Of a stretch of DNA of 64,000 nucleotides, positions 17,361 through 27,277 are shown one piece after another. This DNA comes from an uncultured Candidatus Saccharibacteria bacterium. Its GTDB lineage: Bacteria > Patescibacteriota > Doudnabacteria > UBA920. The stretch covers positions 4,286 through 68,285 of the forward strand of contig CAYVOF010000003.1 of NCBI GenBank assembly GCA_964453405.1. The letters are read 5' to 3'. The notes under the pieces were generated by a model. That model was given only the letters and a program-made list of their open reading frames with translations. It made no database searches and was not told the DNA's origin. The translations under genes and the position numbers were made by a program. Every line of letters begins with the position of its first letter. The first letter of the stretch is position 1.

Positions 17361-17576
17361 CTATTTGTGTTCAGCTACTGGACCCATTTCATAAGTAACA
17401 GTGATAAAGTGCAAAGTTCCGCTAGTTATTTGTCCTTGCCAATGAGTAACGGTATGAGTTGTCGATGTGATCTTTTTGAATTTCCCATCCTTCGGGCTAG
17501 ATCTTTGCCATCTTTGAATGGCTTTTATAACATCTTCGTATCTTTCCCCCTGAAATCCTTCAATATTTTCCATATT
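17361..17576 (-). CDS. hypothetical small protein (71 aa)
   Basis: GGAGG RBS before MENIEGFQGERYEDV. Second gene of a two-gene minus-strand unit. Confidence 0.4.
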   Translation of the reverse strand, partial: NMENIEGFQGERYEDVIKAIQRWQRSSPKDGKFKKITSTTHTVTHWQGQITSGTLHFITVTYEMGPVAEHK

Positions 17577-17587
17577 TCCTCCAATAT

Positions 17588-17896
17588 TTATTCCAGTCCT
17601 CCACCCATTTTGCTGTGGGGGTGTGATGTTTCTCCAAAATCTTCCGAAGCTACACATACTTCCTTGCCATTACAGCTGTTTATATAAGTAGCCATTGTAA
17701 GTAATACCAAAGTTTTTTGGACTTCATCAGTAACATTTGCCAAAACACCAATATTAAATATTAGGTTAAGCCGTTGATCAACATTGAGTAGAGTGTCCTG
17801 ATTAATCATATCGACTAGTCTACTCACACCTATTTGTTTCATCATCTCAGGTTGAGAATTTACCATTACCTCTAAAATATCTTTAATTTTATACAT
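17588..17896 (-). CDS. hypothetical small protein
   Basis: AGGAGG RBS 6 nt before the ATG (reverse complement of ...ttcctcct...). Confidence 0.5.
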   Translation of the reverse strand: MYKIKDILEVMVNSQPEMMKQIGVSRLVDMINQDTLLNVDQRLNLIFNIGVLANVTDEVQKTLVLLTMATYINSCNGKEVCVASEDFGETSHPHSKMGGGLE

Positions 17897-17973
17897 TGGT
17901 TCCTCCTAAAAATTTATCTTAAAACTAAAAACAAAAACACATAACAAAAAATGTTGTTGTGTGTTTTTGTTTT

Positions 17974-18323
17974 GCTTCAAGCAGACTCGTAAGCCGAATT
18001 TAGTTTCTAAGCGATAATCAATCTGGGACTGTTGTTGCCAACAGCCTCGTGCTGTCTACCTAATTTGACATTGCACTCAAGTAAGAGTTTAGCCGTTTCA
18101 TCCGCTATGTTGCCATAACGATTAATCCGCACTTTTAAGGGTGTGGACTCCATTACATTTCTGCGTTGGCGTCACTGTTCGCATCTCATAAGTTACCTTA
18201 GACGGGGGTTACCCGCTACTAGTTGTTCATGACTCTATAGAGGCCATCAACGTGAGTGTTCGGACTTTCCTCTGCAGCTGGACTTGCGCCTAACTGAAGT
18301 AATCGCTCGATCTGCTTAAAGCC
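17974..18323 (-). ncRNA. rnpB: RNase P RNA (bacterial type A-like)
   Basis: On the minus strand, GAGGAAAGUCCGAACAC (P4 5' strand with bulged U) pairs with AAAUUCGGCUUACGAG near the 3' end, as in E. coli GGAAAG(U)CCGGG/CCCGGCUU. P1 is CUUUAAGCAGAUCG/CGAGUCUGCUUGAAG. AAAAGUGCGGAUUAA resembles the P10-12 GGUGCGGUAAGA block. ~350 nt, GC-rich, no ORF. Terminator hairpin at 17935-17972. Confidence 0.65.
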
Positions 18324-18328
18324 TCAAT

Positions 18329-18357
18329 ATAATGCCATAGTTACTAGGTTTTGTCAA
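18329..18357 (-). promoter_or_regulatory. sigma70-like promoter for rnpB
   Basis: Minus strand TTGACA, 17 nt, CATTAT, placing the transcription start site near the predicted 5' GGC of rnpB. Confidence 0.4.
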
Positions 18358-18386
18358 TGTCAAACTGCTTAGATCAATGGTATAAT
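18357..18386 (+). promoter_or_regulatory. sigma70-like promoter with extended -10 for the GT4 gene cluster
   Basis: ATGTCA, 18 nt, TGgTATAAT. Confidence 0.4.
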
Positions 18387-18406
18387 ACATAAATAAATAG
18401 GCTAAT

Positions 18407-19540
18407 TTGGCTTATTCCTGTTTTATTAACCTAAATATTTTGAAAACTTCCCAAGTAATCTTAGCTCACGACTCTTTTACTCAATACGGTGGAGCGGAAC
18501 GCGTTATTGGCGCTATCGCCGAAATTTATCCATCATCAGAAATCTACACTTTAGCGGTTGATCCAAGAATTGCTAAACACTTTCCTGGACACAAATTTAA
18601 AACTAGTTTGGTTCAATTTTTTTATTCTATTGTTCCAAAGTTGCAGTGGTGGTTTCCGTTAGCACCAGTTGCTTTAAGATTGCTTAAACTCGAACCAACT
18701 AAAGTTGTAATTAGTAGTAGTTCTGCTTTTATGAAAGGATTGCGCAAACCAGCTGGAAGTATTCATATTGATTATTGTCATACACCGACTCGATTCTTAT
18801 GGAGTGATGTTGTATATGCGGCTGGTGAGGTTCCAAAAGTGATGCGTGGATTTATGCGGATGTACTTACGTTGGTTGCGTCGTTGGGATCTTGCAGCAGC
18901 TAAGCGCGTAGATTATTTTGTAGCTAACTCCAAAGAAGTTCAACAACGCATTAAAACATACTACAAACGGGACAGTGAACTTATTTATCCTTTCATCGAT
19001 GTAGATTTTTGGCACGCGTCTGTAAGCAAGCAGGATTACTTTTTAATGGCTGGCCGCATTACTCCATATAAAGGTTATGAAAATATAATTAAAATTTTTA
19101 ATGAACTGCAAATCCCTTTGCATGTAGTTGGTGAAGGCCGCTACGCCGCATACCTAAGATCGATTGCAAAAAGTAATATTACTTTTTTGGGAAAAGTTTC
19201 TGATACAGTTTTGCGCAATCAGTATAGCGGTGCCAAAGCATTTATTTATCCTCAAATAGAAGACTTTGGACTTATGCCCCTCGAGGCCGCTAGCTGTGGT
19301 ACACCAACTATTGCTTTGGCAAAAGCCGGAAGTTTGGAAACCGTAGTTCTACAAGTGACAGGTGAGTTAATTGAACAATTTGATTTTCAAACCTTATCAC
19401 AGCTAATTAAGAACTGGGACCAATCAAAATATGACGAAAATAAAATGCGTGAGCACGCTAATAAGTTTAGTAAGCAAATTTTTAAAGAAAAGATTGCGCG
19501 ATTTGTAGAACAGCGTATTACTGAAAAGGAGATGAAATGA
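18407..19540 (+). CDS. glycosyltransferase family 4
   Basis: GT4 fold (…ILAHDSFTQYGGAERV…, C-terminal EDFGLMPLEA). Non-ATG start: TTG at 18407, or more likely TTG at 18440 (MKTSQVIL). Confidence 0.7.
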   Translation: MAYSCFINLNILKTSQVILAHDSFTQYGGAERVIGAIAEIYPSSEIYTLAVDPRIAKHFPGHKFKTSLVQFFYSIVPKLQWWFPLAPVALRLLKLEPTKVVISSSSAFMKGLRKPAGSIHIDYCHTPTRFLWSDVVYAAGEVPKVMRGFMRMYLRWLRRWDLAAAKRVDYFVANSKEVQQRIKTYYKRDSELIYPFIDVDFWHASVSKQDYFLMAGRITPYKGYENIIKIFNELQIPLHVVGEGRYAAYLRSIAKSNITFLGKVSDTVLRNQYSGAKAFIYPQIEDFGLMPLEAASCGTPTIALAKAGSLETVVLQVTGELIEQFDFQTLSQLIKNWDQSKYDENKMREHANKFSKQIFKEKIARFVEQRITEKEMK

Positions 19541-20652
19541 ACATTACCATAGATTTGCGTAGCTTACATACTTCAGAGTTCAGTGGTGTCGAATATTCTT
19601 CGGTGCAAATAATTGAACAACTTTTAGAGCTCGATAAACATAATCATTATTTACTTTTCTACAACGGCTTTCAAAAAAAGTCCTTTGATCAGTTTCATTT
19701 TGTAAATGGAAAGTTTAAACAAACCCGAATTCCAAATCGCTTTTTAAACTTAAGCTACAAGTTTTTACACTGGCCAAAGTTAGAAAGCTTAACTAATGGT
19801 AACCAAATAGTCTTATTACCCAATCCGAGCATGGTACGACTGCGCTCTACTACCAAACTAATTCTAGTAGTGCACGACTTGTCACCAGTATTGATGCCGC
19901 AAATGTATTCTTGGAAGGATCAACTTTGGCACAAATTAATTAACATTCCAGCACTTTGCAAGCGCGCCGATAAAATTTTGGCTGTGTCAGAATATACTAA
20001 ACAATCGCTAATAAAAGAATTTGGAATTAGTCCGGATAAAATTCAAGTTGGCTTACTTGGAATTGATCATGATCGATATCATTCTGATTTACCTATCGGG
20101 TTATTGCGGCGGGTTCGCAATATTTATAATTTACCAGGCGAGTTCATTTTATTTGTTGGAACCTTAGAACCACGCAAAAATTTGCCAGCTCTAATCAAAG
20201 CTTTTGAGGCTTTAAAAAGCGATCAAACTTTAGTAATTGCAGGTAAACTTGGTTGGCGTTACAGTGAAGTTATGAAGATGATCGAGAACAGTCCTAAACG
20301 CAAACAAATAATATACTTAGGCTACATTCCAGAGGAACATAAACCTGCGTTAATTAAATTAGCGCGAGTGTTTGCTTGGCCAAGTTTGTACGAAGGATTT
20401 GGTTTACCCGTACTAGAAGCCATGGCTGTTGGTACACCGGTGTTAACTTCGAGTGTTACATCTCTACCAGAAGTAGTTGGGGATAGCGCACTAACAGTTA
20501 GCCCGTATAATGTCTCAGAAATTGCTCGGGGCTTGGAAGTATTGCTAACCGACCAGGCGGTGCGCGATAATTACATACAAAAAGGCTTGGAACGCAGTAA
20601 AAATTTTACTTGGCAACACACTGCGCAAGTGCTTTATAATTTATTAACCTAG
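19537..20652 (+). CDS. glycosyltransferase family 4
   Basis: EPRKN...[17 protein letters not shown] motif. The ATG overlaps the upstream TGA (ATGAAATGA). Confidence 0.8.
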   Translation: MNITIDLRSLHTSEFSGVEYSSVQIIEQLLELDKHNHYLLFYNGFQKKSFDQFHFVNGKFKQTRIPNRFLNLSYKFLHWPKLESLTNGNQIVLLPNPSMVRLRSTTKLILVVHDLSPVLMPQMYSWKDQLWHKLINIPALCKRADKILAVSEYTKQSLIKEFGISPDKIQVGLLGIDHDRYHSDLPIGLLRRVRNIYNLPGEFILFVGTLEPRKNLPALIKAFEALKSDQTLVIAGKLGWRYSEVMKMIENSPKRKQIIYLGYIPEEHKPALIKLARVFAWPSLYEGFGLPVLEAMAVGTPVLTSSVTSLPEVVGDSALTVSPYNVSEIARGLEVLLTDQAVRDNYIQKGLERSKNFTWQHTAQVLYNLLT

Positions 20653-20655
20653 ATT

Positions 20656-21816
20656 ATGAAGATAGGCTTTGATTTTAGAATGGGTGGGAGTATAAATGCG
20701 GGAATTGGCCGTTATAGTTTTGAGTTACTCAAAGCGATGCTAGAACGTAATAAGCAAGTTAACAGTCCGGATAATTTTGTAGTCTTTTATAATTCCAATA
20801 ATGTTAACATTGATGACTTAGAAGTTTTAGAAAATTTAGGGGCGGAACTAATGGAAGCCAATTTTAGACACTATTCTTTAGGTGAGCAATTCTTTTTTCC
20901 ACGCTTACTTAATAAGTACAACTTTGATTTAGTTCATTTTCCTAACTTTAATGTTCCAATTTTTTACAAAGGTAAGTATGTCGTGACTATTCATGATATG
21001 GTGCATCATCAGTTAAGCGGTCATAAAAAGAGTCGTTATTATAAATTTTTGGCTTATAAATATATTATTGCTCAAGCCGCTAAGCGATCCGAAGCAATCT
21101 TTACAGTTACCGAAGCAGCAAAAAAAAGTATCACTCAATTATTAAGCGTTGAATCCGACAAAGTTATAGTTACTTACGAAGCCCCAGGTCAAATAATAAA
21201 AAACCCTGGAGATTTTACCAAACTTAAAGAAACTTACTTAATTAAAGGTCCCTACTTACTTTTTGTGGGATCGTTAGAGCGTAAAAAGAATATCATAAAC
21301 CTCTGTTTAGGGTTTGATAAGTTAATTTCTAAATATCATTATGATTTAGATTTAGTTTTATTGGGTAAAGTAGATCCTTACTATCCAGAAGTCAAAGAGC
21401 AAGCTTTGACTATTCAAAATAGCAATCACTTAATTTTTACCGGCTATGTAAACAATATAGATCAAGCAAATTTTTATCAAAACGCGTTTGGTTTTATAAC
21501 CGCTTCGATGCACGAAGGATTTGGTTTACCAGGATTAGAAGCTATGCAGTACGGTATCCCTGTGCTAGCAAGCAATATTGAAGTATTTAACGAAGTATAC
21601 GACAATGCAGCAATATATTTTGACGGCTTAAATCCTGATGATATTGCTGATAAAATACAATTACTGGTTAGCGATCAGCCATTTTATGAATCTATGCAAA
21701 AAAAAGGTTTAAAACGGGCAAGTTTGTTTTCTTGGGAACGGGCCGCTGATCAAACTTTAAAGGTATATCACTCACAACCAGCACCAGCACTAAACTTAGA
21801 ACCAGAACTCGAATAA
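20656..21816 (+). CDS. glycosyltransferase family 4
   Basis: HEGFGLPGLEAMQYGIPV motif. Confidence 0.8.
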   Translation: MKIGFDFRMGGSINAGIGRYSFELLKAMLERNKQVNSPDNFVVFYNSNNVNIDDLEVLENLGAELMEANFRHYSLGEQFFFPRLLNKYNFDLVHFPNFNVPIFYKGKYVVTIHDMVHHQLSGHKKSRYYKFLAYKYIIAQAAKRSEAIFTVTEAAKKSITQLLSVESDKVIVTYEAPGQIIKNPGDFTKLKETYLIKGPYLLFVGSLERKKNIINLCLGFDKLISKYHYDLDLVLLGKVDPYYPEVKEQALTIQNSNHLIFTGYVNNIDQANFYQNAFGFITASMHEGFGLPGLEAMQYGIPVLASNIEVFNEVYDNAAIYFDGLNPDDIADKIQLLVSDQPFYESMQKKGLKRASLFSWERAADQTLKVYHSQPAPALNLEPELE

Positions 21817-21822
21817 TTATTT

Positions 21823-22965
21823 ATGTCTTATCCATCTAACCCAAAGTATGTTGTTTTAGCCGGAGGTCTTACAGGCGGACCAATCGCTCCACTTTTAGGC
21901 GTGGTTAATTTTTGGCGTACAAAAGACGAACGAATCACTCCGGTAATAATTGACGTTGCTCACAGTTTTGGCCAAGCAATTTCGGATAAACATCAAATTA
22001 AATTTTTTAGAATAATAACTGGTAAGCTTCGTCGCTATCGAACATGGAAAAATTTACTGTTTCCGTTGTGGTTGTTCATCGGATTTATTCAGTCACTATT
22101 TATTTTATACAAAGTTAAACCACGAATTGTTTTAGGTGCCGGAGGTTTTGCACAATTGCCTGTGATGTATGCAGCTTGGATCTTGCGAATTCCGAGAGTT
22201 ATTCACCAACAAGATGTTTTGGTAACAATGTCAAACCGTTTATGTTCGCCAATTGCAAATATCATTACTACAACTTTTGAATCTTCAATCAGAGATTTTT
22301 ATCAAGAAACCGGATTAGGTTCAAAGTACATCAAAGGAACGAAAGTTTTTTGGACGGGCAACCCATCGGAATATGAACACTTTGACTACAATAATAAAAA
22401 ACAATTACAGCTTCCTCAAAACATCCAACTTCATAATGAGTTGCCAGTATTGCTAGTGTTTGGCGGTGCCAGTGGAGCTCAAGGAATCAACATACCAATT
22501 ATCAAAGCTTTGCCAGAGCTAATTAAAGTTGTACAAATTATTCATGTTACAGGACCCAATAATGAACACCCAACGGCCTCGACCAACTATCATCCAATTG
22601 AACTATCAAAAAATATGGCAGCACTATATAATGCCGCAGATTTAGTCATAGGCCGTGCTGGCATTAATACCCTCACAGAGTTGGCAGAATTCGAAAAACC
22701 GAGTATAATTGTGCCGATGCCAGATTCTCATCAAGAATTAAATGCAGAGTTGTTGTATAACTGTAAAGCCGCTTTGATTTTGGATCAGAGTAATTTACCA
22801 CCGGATATTTTAATACGATCCATCCGCAAAGTCATGTTTGATGCTGATTTGCAAAAAAATTACATTACCAATATGCGCAAATTGTTTCCAAAGAAAGCTT
22901 CAAGTAATATTGTAGATTTAATAGAAAAACTATTAGCCACTCGCAATGCCAAACAAAAAAAATAA
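21823..22965 (+). CDS. MurG-like GT28 glycosyltransferase
   Basis: N-terminal VVLAGGLTGG...PRIVLGAGGFAQLP and C-terminal GGASGAQ...ADLVIGRAGINTLTELA match the MurG two-domain layout. Divergent, so the substrate is uncertain. Confidence 0.55.
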   Translation: MSYPSNPKYVVLAGGLTGGPIAPLLGVVNFWRTKDERITPVIIDVAHSFGQAISDKHQIKFFRIITGKLRRYRTWKNLLFPLWLFIGFIQSLFILYKVKPRIVLGAGGFAQLPVMYAAWILRIPRVIHQQDVLVTMSNRLCSPIANIITTTFESSIRDFYQETGLGSKYIKGTKVFWTGNPSEYEHFDYNNKKQLQLPQNIQLHNELPVLLVFGGASGAQGINIPIIKALPELIKVVQIIHVTGPNNEHPTASTNYHPIELSKNMAALYNAADLVIGRAGINTLTELAEFEKPSIIVPMPDSHQELNAELLYNCKAALILDQSNLPPDILIRSIRKVMFDADLQKNYITNMRKLFPKKASSNIVDLIEKLLATRNAKQKK

Positions 22966-23995
22966 CGTCAAAGTCGGTCTAGCTTTTAGCGGCGCTTCAA
23001 CTCGTTCTATTTTTTATATTGGTTTTTTAGAAGTATTAAAGGAAAATGATTTTCCAATCGATTATATTGCAGCTTTGTCCGGTGGTACTATAGTAGCAGC
23101 CAGCTTTGCCAGCGGCACAATGCACAAGCTTAAAGAGATGGCTTTTAAAATTAATAAAGAAGTAATCTTTAGTTTGATCGAAAGAAGCAAAGGTAAAGGC
23201 GGTTTGTACCATTTGGATAGAGTAGAGGAACTACTCCGCAGTTTTACTAAAAATTATAACTTCGAAGATGTTACTCCACGACTAGGTTTTATTGCCACAG
23301 ACATTGTTGCTGGTGAAGAAGTAGTTCTGCAAGTTGGAGATTTAGCTCAGGCGGTTTGTGCTTCATGTTCATTACCAGTTGTATTCCAGCCGCGTGAGTG
23401 GGGAAATAAAGTTTTAGTTGATGGCGGAATTATTAACATTGTTCCAGGTAATGTTGCCAGACAGGCTGATATGGATTTAGTAATTGGGATTGATCTCCGC
23501 GCCACCCGGCATATTTTTAGCCCATGGCAAATTTTAGCGCGCAGAATTGTAAATAAAATAAAAACTCTTATTTGGCCGGAGCAGGTAGAAAAATTATGGC
23601 AATTAATATTGAATAAATTTCGTTTATCAGACTTTTGGCAAAATAATTTTTATTTAGGTCAATCTGGGCACAAACTAAAAGGGACAAATCTATTCACTGT
23701 GATTGGTCGTTCATTGGATATTGCTATTAAAGCTCAGCAGGAACAAGACCCGAGTGGTAATTTTGATTGTGACTTAATTATTTCGCCTGAACTAGAAATT
23801 CCTTTTTGGAAGAAGATGCTGTTTATTCGATTCGCGCATATCGCTAATACTCGGGATTATTATTTAGAAGGACGTAAAGCTGCAGAAGAAAATTTGCCAA
23901 AGATGTGGCAACTACTGAAAAACAAGGAATTATCAAAACTAGAGACTCCCATTGTTGCACAAGAAGAAATGTTAAAGCAATTATTTACAAAATAG
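22946..23995 (+). CDS. patatin-like phospholipase
   Basis: GLAFSGASTRS (oxyanion G-rich loop), ALSGGT nucleophile elbow, VDGGIIN (DGG). Confidence 0.75.
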   Translation: MPNKKNNVKVGLAFSGASTRSIFYIGFLEVLKENDFPIDYIAALSGGTIVAASFASGTMHKLKEMAFKINKEVIFSLIERSKGKGGLYHLDRVEELLRSFTKNYNFEDVTPRLGFIATDIVAGEEVVLQVGDLAQAVCASCSLPVVFQPREWGNKVLVDGGIINIVPGNVARQADMDLVIGIDLRATRHIFSPWQILARRIVNKIKTLIWPEQVEKLWQLILNKFRLSDFWQNNFYLGQSGHKLKGTNLFTVIGRSLDIAIKAQQEQDPSGNFDCDLIISPELEIPFWKKMLFIRFAHIANTRDYYLEGRKAAEENLPKMWQLLKNKELSKLETPIVAQEEMLKQLFTK

Positions 23996-23997
23996 CC

Positions 23998-25419
23998 ATG
24001 AACTTAACTGAACAATCAAAAATTTATTTTATAGGAATTGGTGGCATCGCTATGTCTGCTGCGGCTGGTATAGCTAAGGAGTTAAAATATGAAGTCTCCG
24101 GAAGTGACAGTAAGGCTATTTATGACCCTGCTAAATCTGTCTTAGATGAGCTAGATATTCCTTATAACGTTGGTTATGATGCCTCACATATAACTCCAGA
24201 ACTGCAGTTGCACGGCATTTTTATTGCGTCAGCTGGGGAGGATCTCTCCAATCCAGAAGTTGCTTATTTGCGAGAACATGACATGGAAATTAATTCCTTG
24301 AGCGAACTGTTATTTGAGCTGTCAAAAAATCAGTTGCGCATAGTCGTGACTGGCACTCATGGTAAATCCACTACTACAGCCATGCTAGGACAAAGTTTAA
24401 AGCAAATCGATGATAGTTCTTTTATGACCGGCGCAGTACTTCAAGATACAAAACGCAATTTTTATTTTGGCGACGGTCATTATTTTACCTTTGAGGGCGA
24501 CGAATATAAGGCTTTGTTTGATGACCCGACCCCGAAGTTCCAGCAATATAAACCTGATATTGTTGTTTTAACAAATTTGGAATTTGATCATCCGGATATT
24601 TTCTCTTCCGTCGAAGAAATAAAAGCTGAGCTAGCAGAATTATTAGACAAGATGCCAGATGACGGTATAATTTTTTACAACGCTGACGCAAGTGAGCTAA
24701 TCAAGACTGTTCATCACAGTAATTTAGGACAAGTAAGTTTTGGTTTGCATAACCCGGCAGATTTTATTGCGACTAATATTCAAACTTTGCCAGAGAAGAC
24801 TAGTTTTACTGTTGAGCGGGTTGACCCAGTTAGTAAGCAGCAATCTACAGAAGAATATAACATCAATGCCTTTGGTCAGATGAATGTATACAATGCTTTA
24901 GCTGTAATAACTACTTTACGCACTCTAGGATTCAGCCATGAACAAGTTCAGATGGGATTAGATTCTTACCATGGAATTAAGCGCCGTTTTGAATATTTAG
25001 GTGAACATAAAAACGCAAAAATCTTTGATGATTATGCTCATCACCCAACCGCTATCAAAGAAACTTTATCCGCTGCCCGATTGCGCTTTCCGCAATCTAG
25101 AATTTGGGCAGTGTTTGAACCTCATACTTTTAGCCGCACTAGCACAGTTTTAGAGAACCTAGCAAAAAGTTTTGAATCAGCTGACAAAGTCTTATTGGCA
25201 GAAATTTATCCGGCACGAGAAAAGAAAACAGACAACTCTATTACCGGACAGCAAGTAGTAAATGAAATTTCCAAAACTCATTCGGATGTTCGCTTGGTCG
25301 CTGATAAGCAGTCGGCTTTTAATATTCTAAAAACAGAATTAGAGCCCAATGATGTGGTAATAGTCATGGCAGTCGGCAGCTTTAATACTCTTGGTAACGA
25401 ATTGGTTGATTTAAAATAA
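23998..25419 (+). CDS. murC: UDP-N-acetylmuramate--L-alanine ligase
   Basis: IYFIGIGGIAMSAAAG and VTGTHGKSTTTAML. Start at MNLTEQ, not the upstream in-frame extension. Confidence 0.85.
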   Translation: MNLTEQSKIYFIGIGGIAMSAAAGIAKELKYEVSGSDSKAIYDPAKSVLDELDIPYNVGYDASHITPELQLHGIFIASAGEDLSNPEVAYLREHDMEINSLSELLFELSKNQLRIVVTGTHGKSTTTAMLGQSLKQIDDSSFMTGAVLQDTKRNFYFGDGHYFTFEGDEYKALFDDPTPKFQQYKPDIVVLTNLEFDHPDIFSSVEEIKAELAELLDKMPDDGIIFYNADASELIKTVHHSNLGQVSFGLHNPADFIATNIQTLPEKTSFTVERVDPVSKQQSTEEYNINAFGQMNVYNALAVITTLRTLGFSHEQVQMGLDSYHGIKRRFEYLGEHKNAKIFDDYAHHPTAIKETLSAARLRFPQSRIWAVFEPHTFSRTSTVLENLAKSFESADKVLLAEIYPAREKKTDNSITGQQVVNEISKTHSDVRLVADKQSAFNILKTELEPNDVVIVMAVGSFNTLGNELVDLK

Positions 25420-25424
25420 TTACT

Positions 25425-26519
25425 ATGGAGATTTTAGAAAATATTCCCTTAGCTCGTTATACAACTTTTTATATCGGCGGTCCTAGTCGGTATTTAATTT
25501 TTGCGTTGGAAGTAAAAGATATTATTGAAGCAATAAATTTTGCTAAAGATAAGCAATTACCTTACTTAATTATTGGTGGCGGAAGTAATTGTTTAGTTAG
25601 CGAGAAAGGTTTTGTTGGAATCACAATCAAGATTGAAAATTTAGGTATGGATTTAGTTGAAGAAACTGATCAAACCGTAACTCTAAAAATTTCCAGCGGA
25701 GAAAAGTGGGATGATGTTGTTCGTTTTGCAACCAAAGAGAACTGGTGGGGAATAGAGAATTTGTCCCACATACCAGGCTGCACAGGTGCCTTAACTGTGC
25801 AGAATGTTGGCGCATATGGACAAGAGGCGAGTCTGGTAGTTAAAGAAGTGGAAGTAATTGACACAAAGGATAATCAAATTAAAACTTTATCTAATGAGCA
25901 AATAGAATTCGATTACAGAAAAAGCATTTTTAACAGCATTCAAAAAGGACGTTATATAATTTTATCTACGACTTTAGTATTACAAAAACAACCGCAACCT
26001 AATTTAAGTTACGGAGATTTATCTAAAAAATTTGCGGATAATGTAGAACCAACAATAAATCAAATTCGCGAAGCTGTAATTCAAATTCGCAATCAAAAGT
26101 TTCCTTACCCAGATTCACCCGAGAGAGGTAATAGCGGTTCATTCTTTAAAGGTCAGATTTTGACCGAAGATCAATTCAATTTACTCTTTGAAAAACTCAA
26201 AGCAAACTTCTCAGAAGAAGTAGTAAGTAGATTACAATCTATGCGTGATCGCTTACAAGTCAAGCAAGGATACAAGACCCCGTCAGCATTTTTAATCGAG
26301 CTTTGTGGTTTTAAAGAGCTCACCATTGGTGGAGCAAAAATTAACCCCAACCAACCAGCTATAATTATCAATTATACTGGCACTGCAACAAGCTCGGATG
26401 TATTAGCGTTGTATAAGCAAGTAAGCAGTGAGGTCTTTAATAAAACAGGGGTAAAATTAGGAATTGAACCTGAGCTAATTGGCTTCGATCAAGAAGAATT
26501 GACCAACCTAATGGTATAA
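25425..26519 (+). CDS. murB: UDP-N-acetylenolpyruvoylglucosamine reductase
   Basis: YTTFYIGGP...IIGGGSNCL FAD-binding N-terminus. Confidence 0.85.
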   Translation: MEILENIPLARYTTFYIGGPSRYLIFALEVKDIIEAINFAKDKQLPYLIIGGGSNCLVSEKGFVGITIKIENLGMDLVEETDQTVTLKISSGEKWDDVVRFATKENWWGIENLSHIPGCTGALTVQNVGAYGQEASLVVKEVEVIDTKDNQIKTLSNEQIEFDYRKSIFNSIQKGRYIILSTTLVLQKQPQPNLSYGDLSKKFADNVEPTINQIREAVIQIRNQKFPYPDSPERGNSGSFFKGQILTEDQFNLLFEKLKANFSEEVVSRLQSMRDRLQVKQGYKTPSAFLIELCGFKELTIGGAKINPNQPAIIINYTGTATSSDVLALYKQVSSEVFNKTGVKLGIEPELIGFDQEELTNLMV

Positions 26520-26540
26520 TTAATATAGAAAGGAAACCTT

Positions 26541-26873
26541 ATGAATATTAATATCAAAGCCACTAATACCACCCTTACAGATTCGATTCGTGCCAATGTT
26601 CAAGCTAAACTAGAGCCTTTAGAAAAGTTTATCCGCCCAGAAGATGTCATTCACCTCGAATTAGCAGAAGATACCAAGCACCACAGCGGTCAATTCTTTC
26701 ATGTCGATATTCAAATTAGCCCACGCGGATTTTACGCCGAAGCTCGCGCTAATGATTTTTATGAAGCCATGGATCTATTGGTTCCAAAAATTAAGCACCA
26801 ATTCACTAAAGAAAAAGATAAGAGTTTGAGTCTTCGCAAGAGATTGGGTAAATGGTTCAGTAAAGGACAATAA
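26541..26873 (+). CDS. hpf: ribosome hibernation-promoting factor (RaiA/HPF family)
   Basis: MNINIKATN...HVDIQISPRG matches the S30AE fold. A bidirectional terminator hairpin lies at ~26886-26912 (AACAGCTG-gcaa-CAGCTGTT). Confidence 0.8.
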   Translation: MNINIKATNTTLTDSIRANVQAKLEPLEKFIRPEDVIHLELAEDTKHHSGQFFHVDIQISPRGFYAEARANDFYEAMDLLVPKIKHQFTKEKDKSLSLRKRLGKWFSKGQ

Positions 26874-26919
26874 AATATACAAAAAAAACAGCTGGCAACA
26901 GCTGTTTTATAAATTTACT

Positions 26920-27258
26920 TTAGCGAACATTTTTGCCGCCAGTTTGAATATAATCATCGATAACACCACAAGCATTATCGAATTCCTCGTGAATATATCC
27001 AAATTTTGCTAAACGTATACTCCACTTGTAAGTGTCGATTTCAACACCTTCTGAGTCTAGTAATACTGACAATAGAGCTAGTTTGTAGATCGTGTCCGCT
27101 AATTGAGGACCAAGCGGATCCTGGTAAGGAGTACATAGCTCTCTATCTCTTTCGAGCCGACGTTTATATTGTTCCCGCTTAGATCTTAGAAAGTCCAAGT
27201 CACTATGTGGCATTAACTTTATGATCGGTGCTTCTTGATTTAAAATAGTTTCTTCCAT
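26920..27258 (-). CDS. hypothetical protein (112 aa)
   Basis: GAGGAG RBS. Second gene of a minus-strand pair. Confidence 0.5.
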   Translation of the reverse strand: MEETILNQEAPIIKLMPHSDLDFLRSKREQYKRRLERDRELCTPYQDPLGPQLADTIYKLALLSVLLDSEGVEIDTYKWSIRLAKFGYIHEEFDNACGVIDDYIQTGGKNVR

Positions 27259-27277
27259 AATAGTTTACTCCTCGGCT

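Noticed and set aside
17328-17687. 119-aa plus-strand ORF downstream of uppS
   Set aside because: Overlaps two RBS-supported minus-strand genes. Low-complexity product with no start context.
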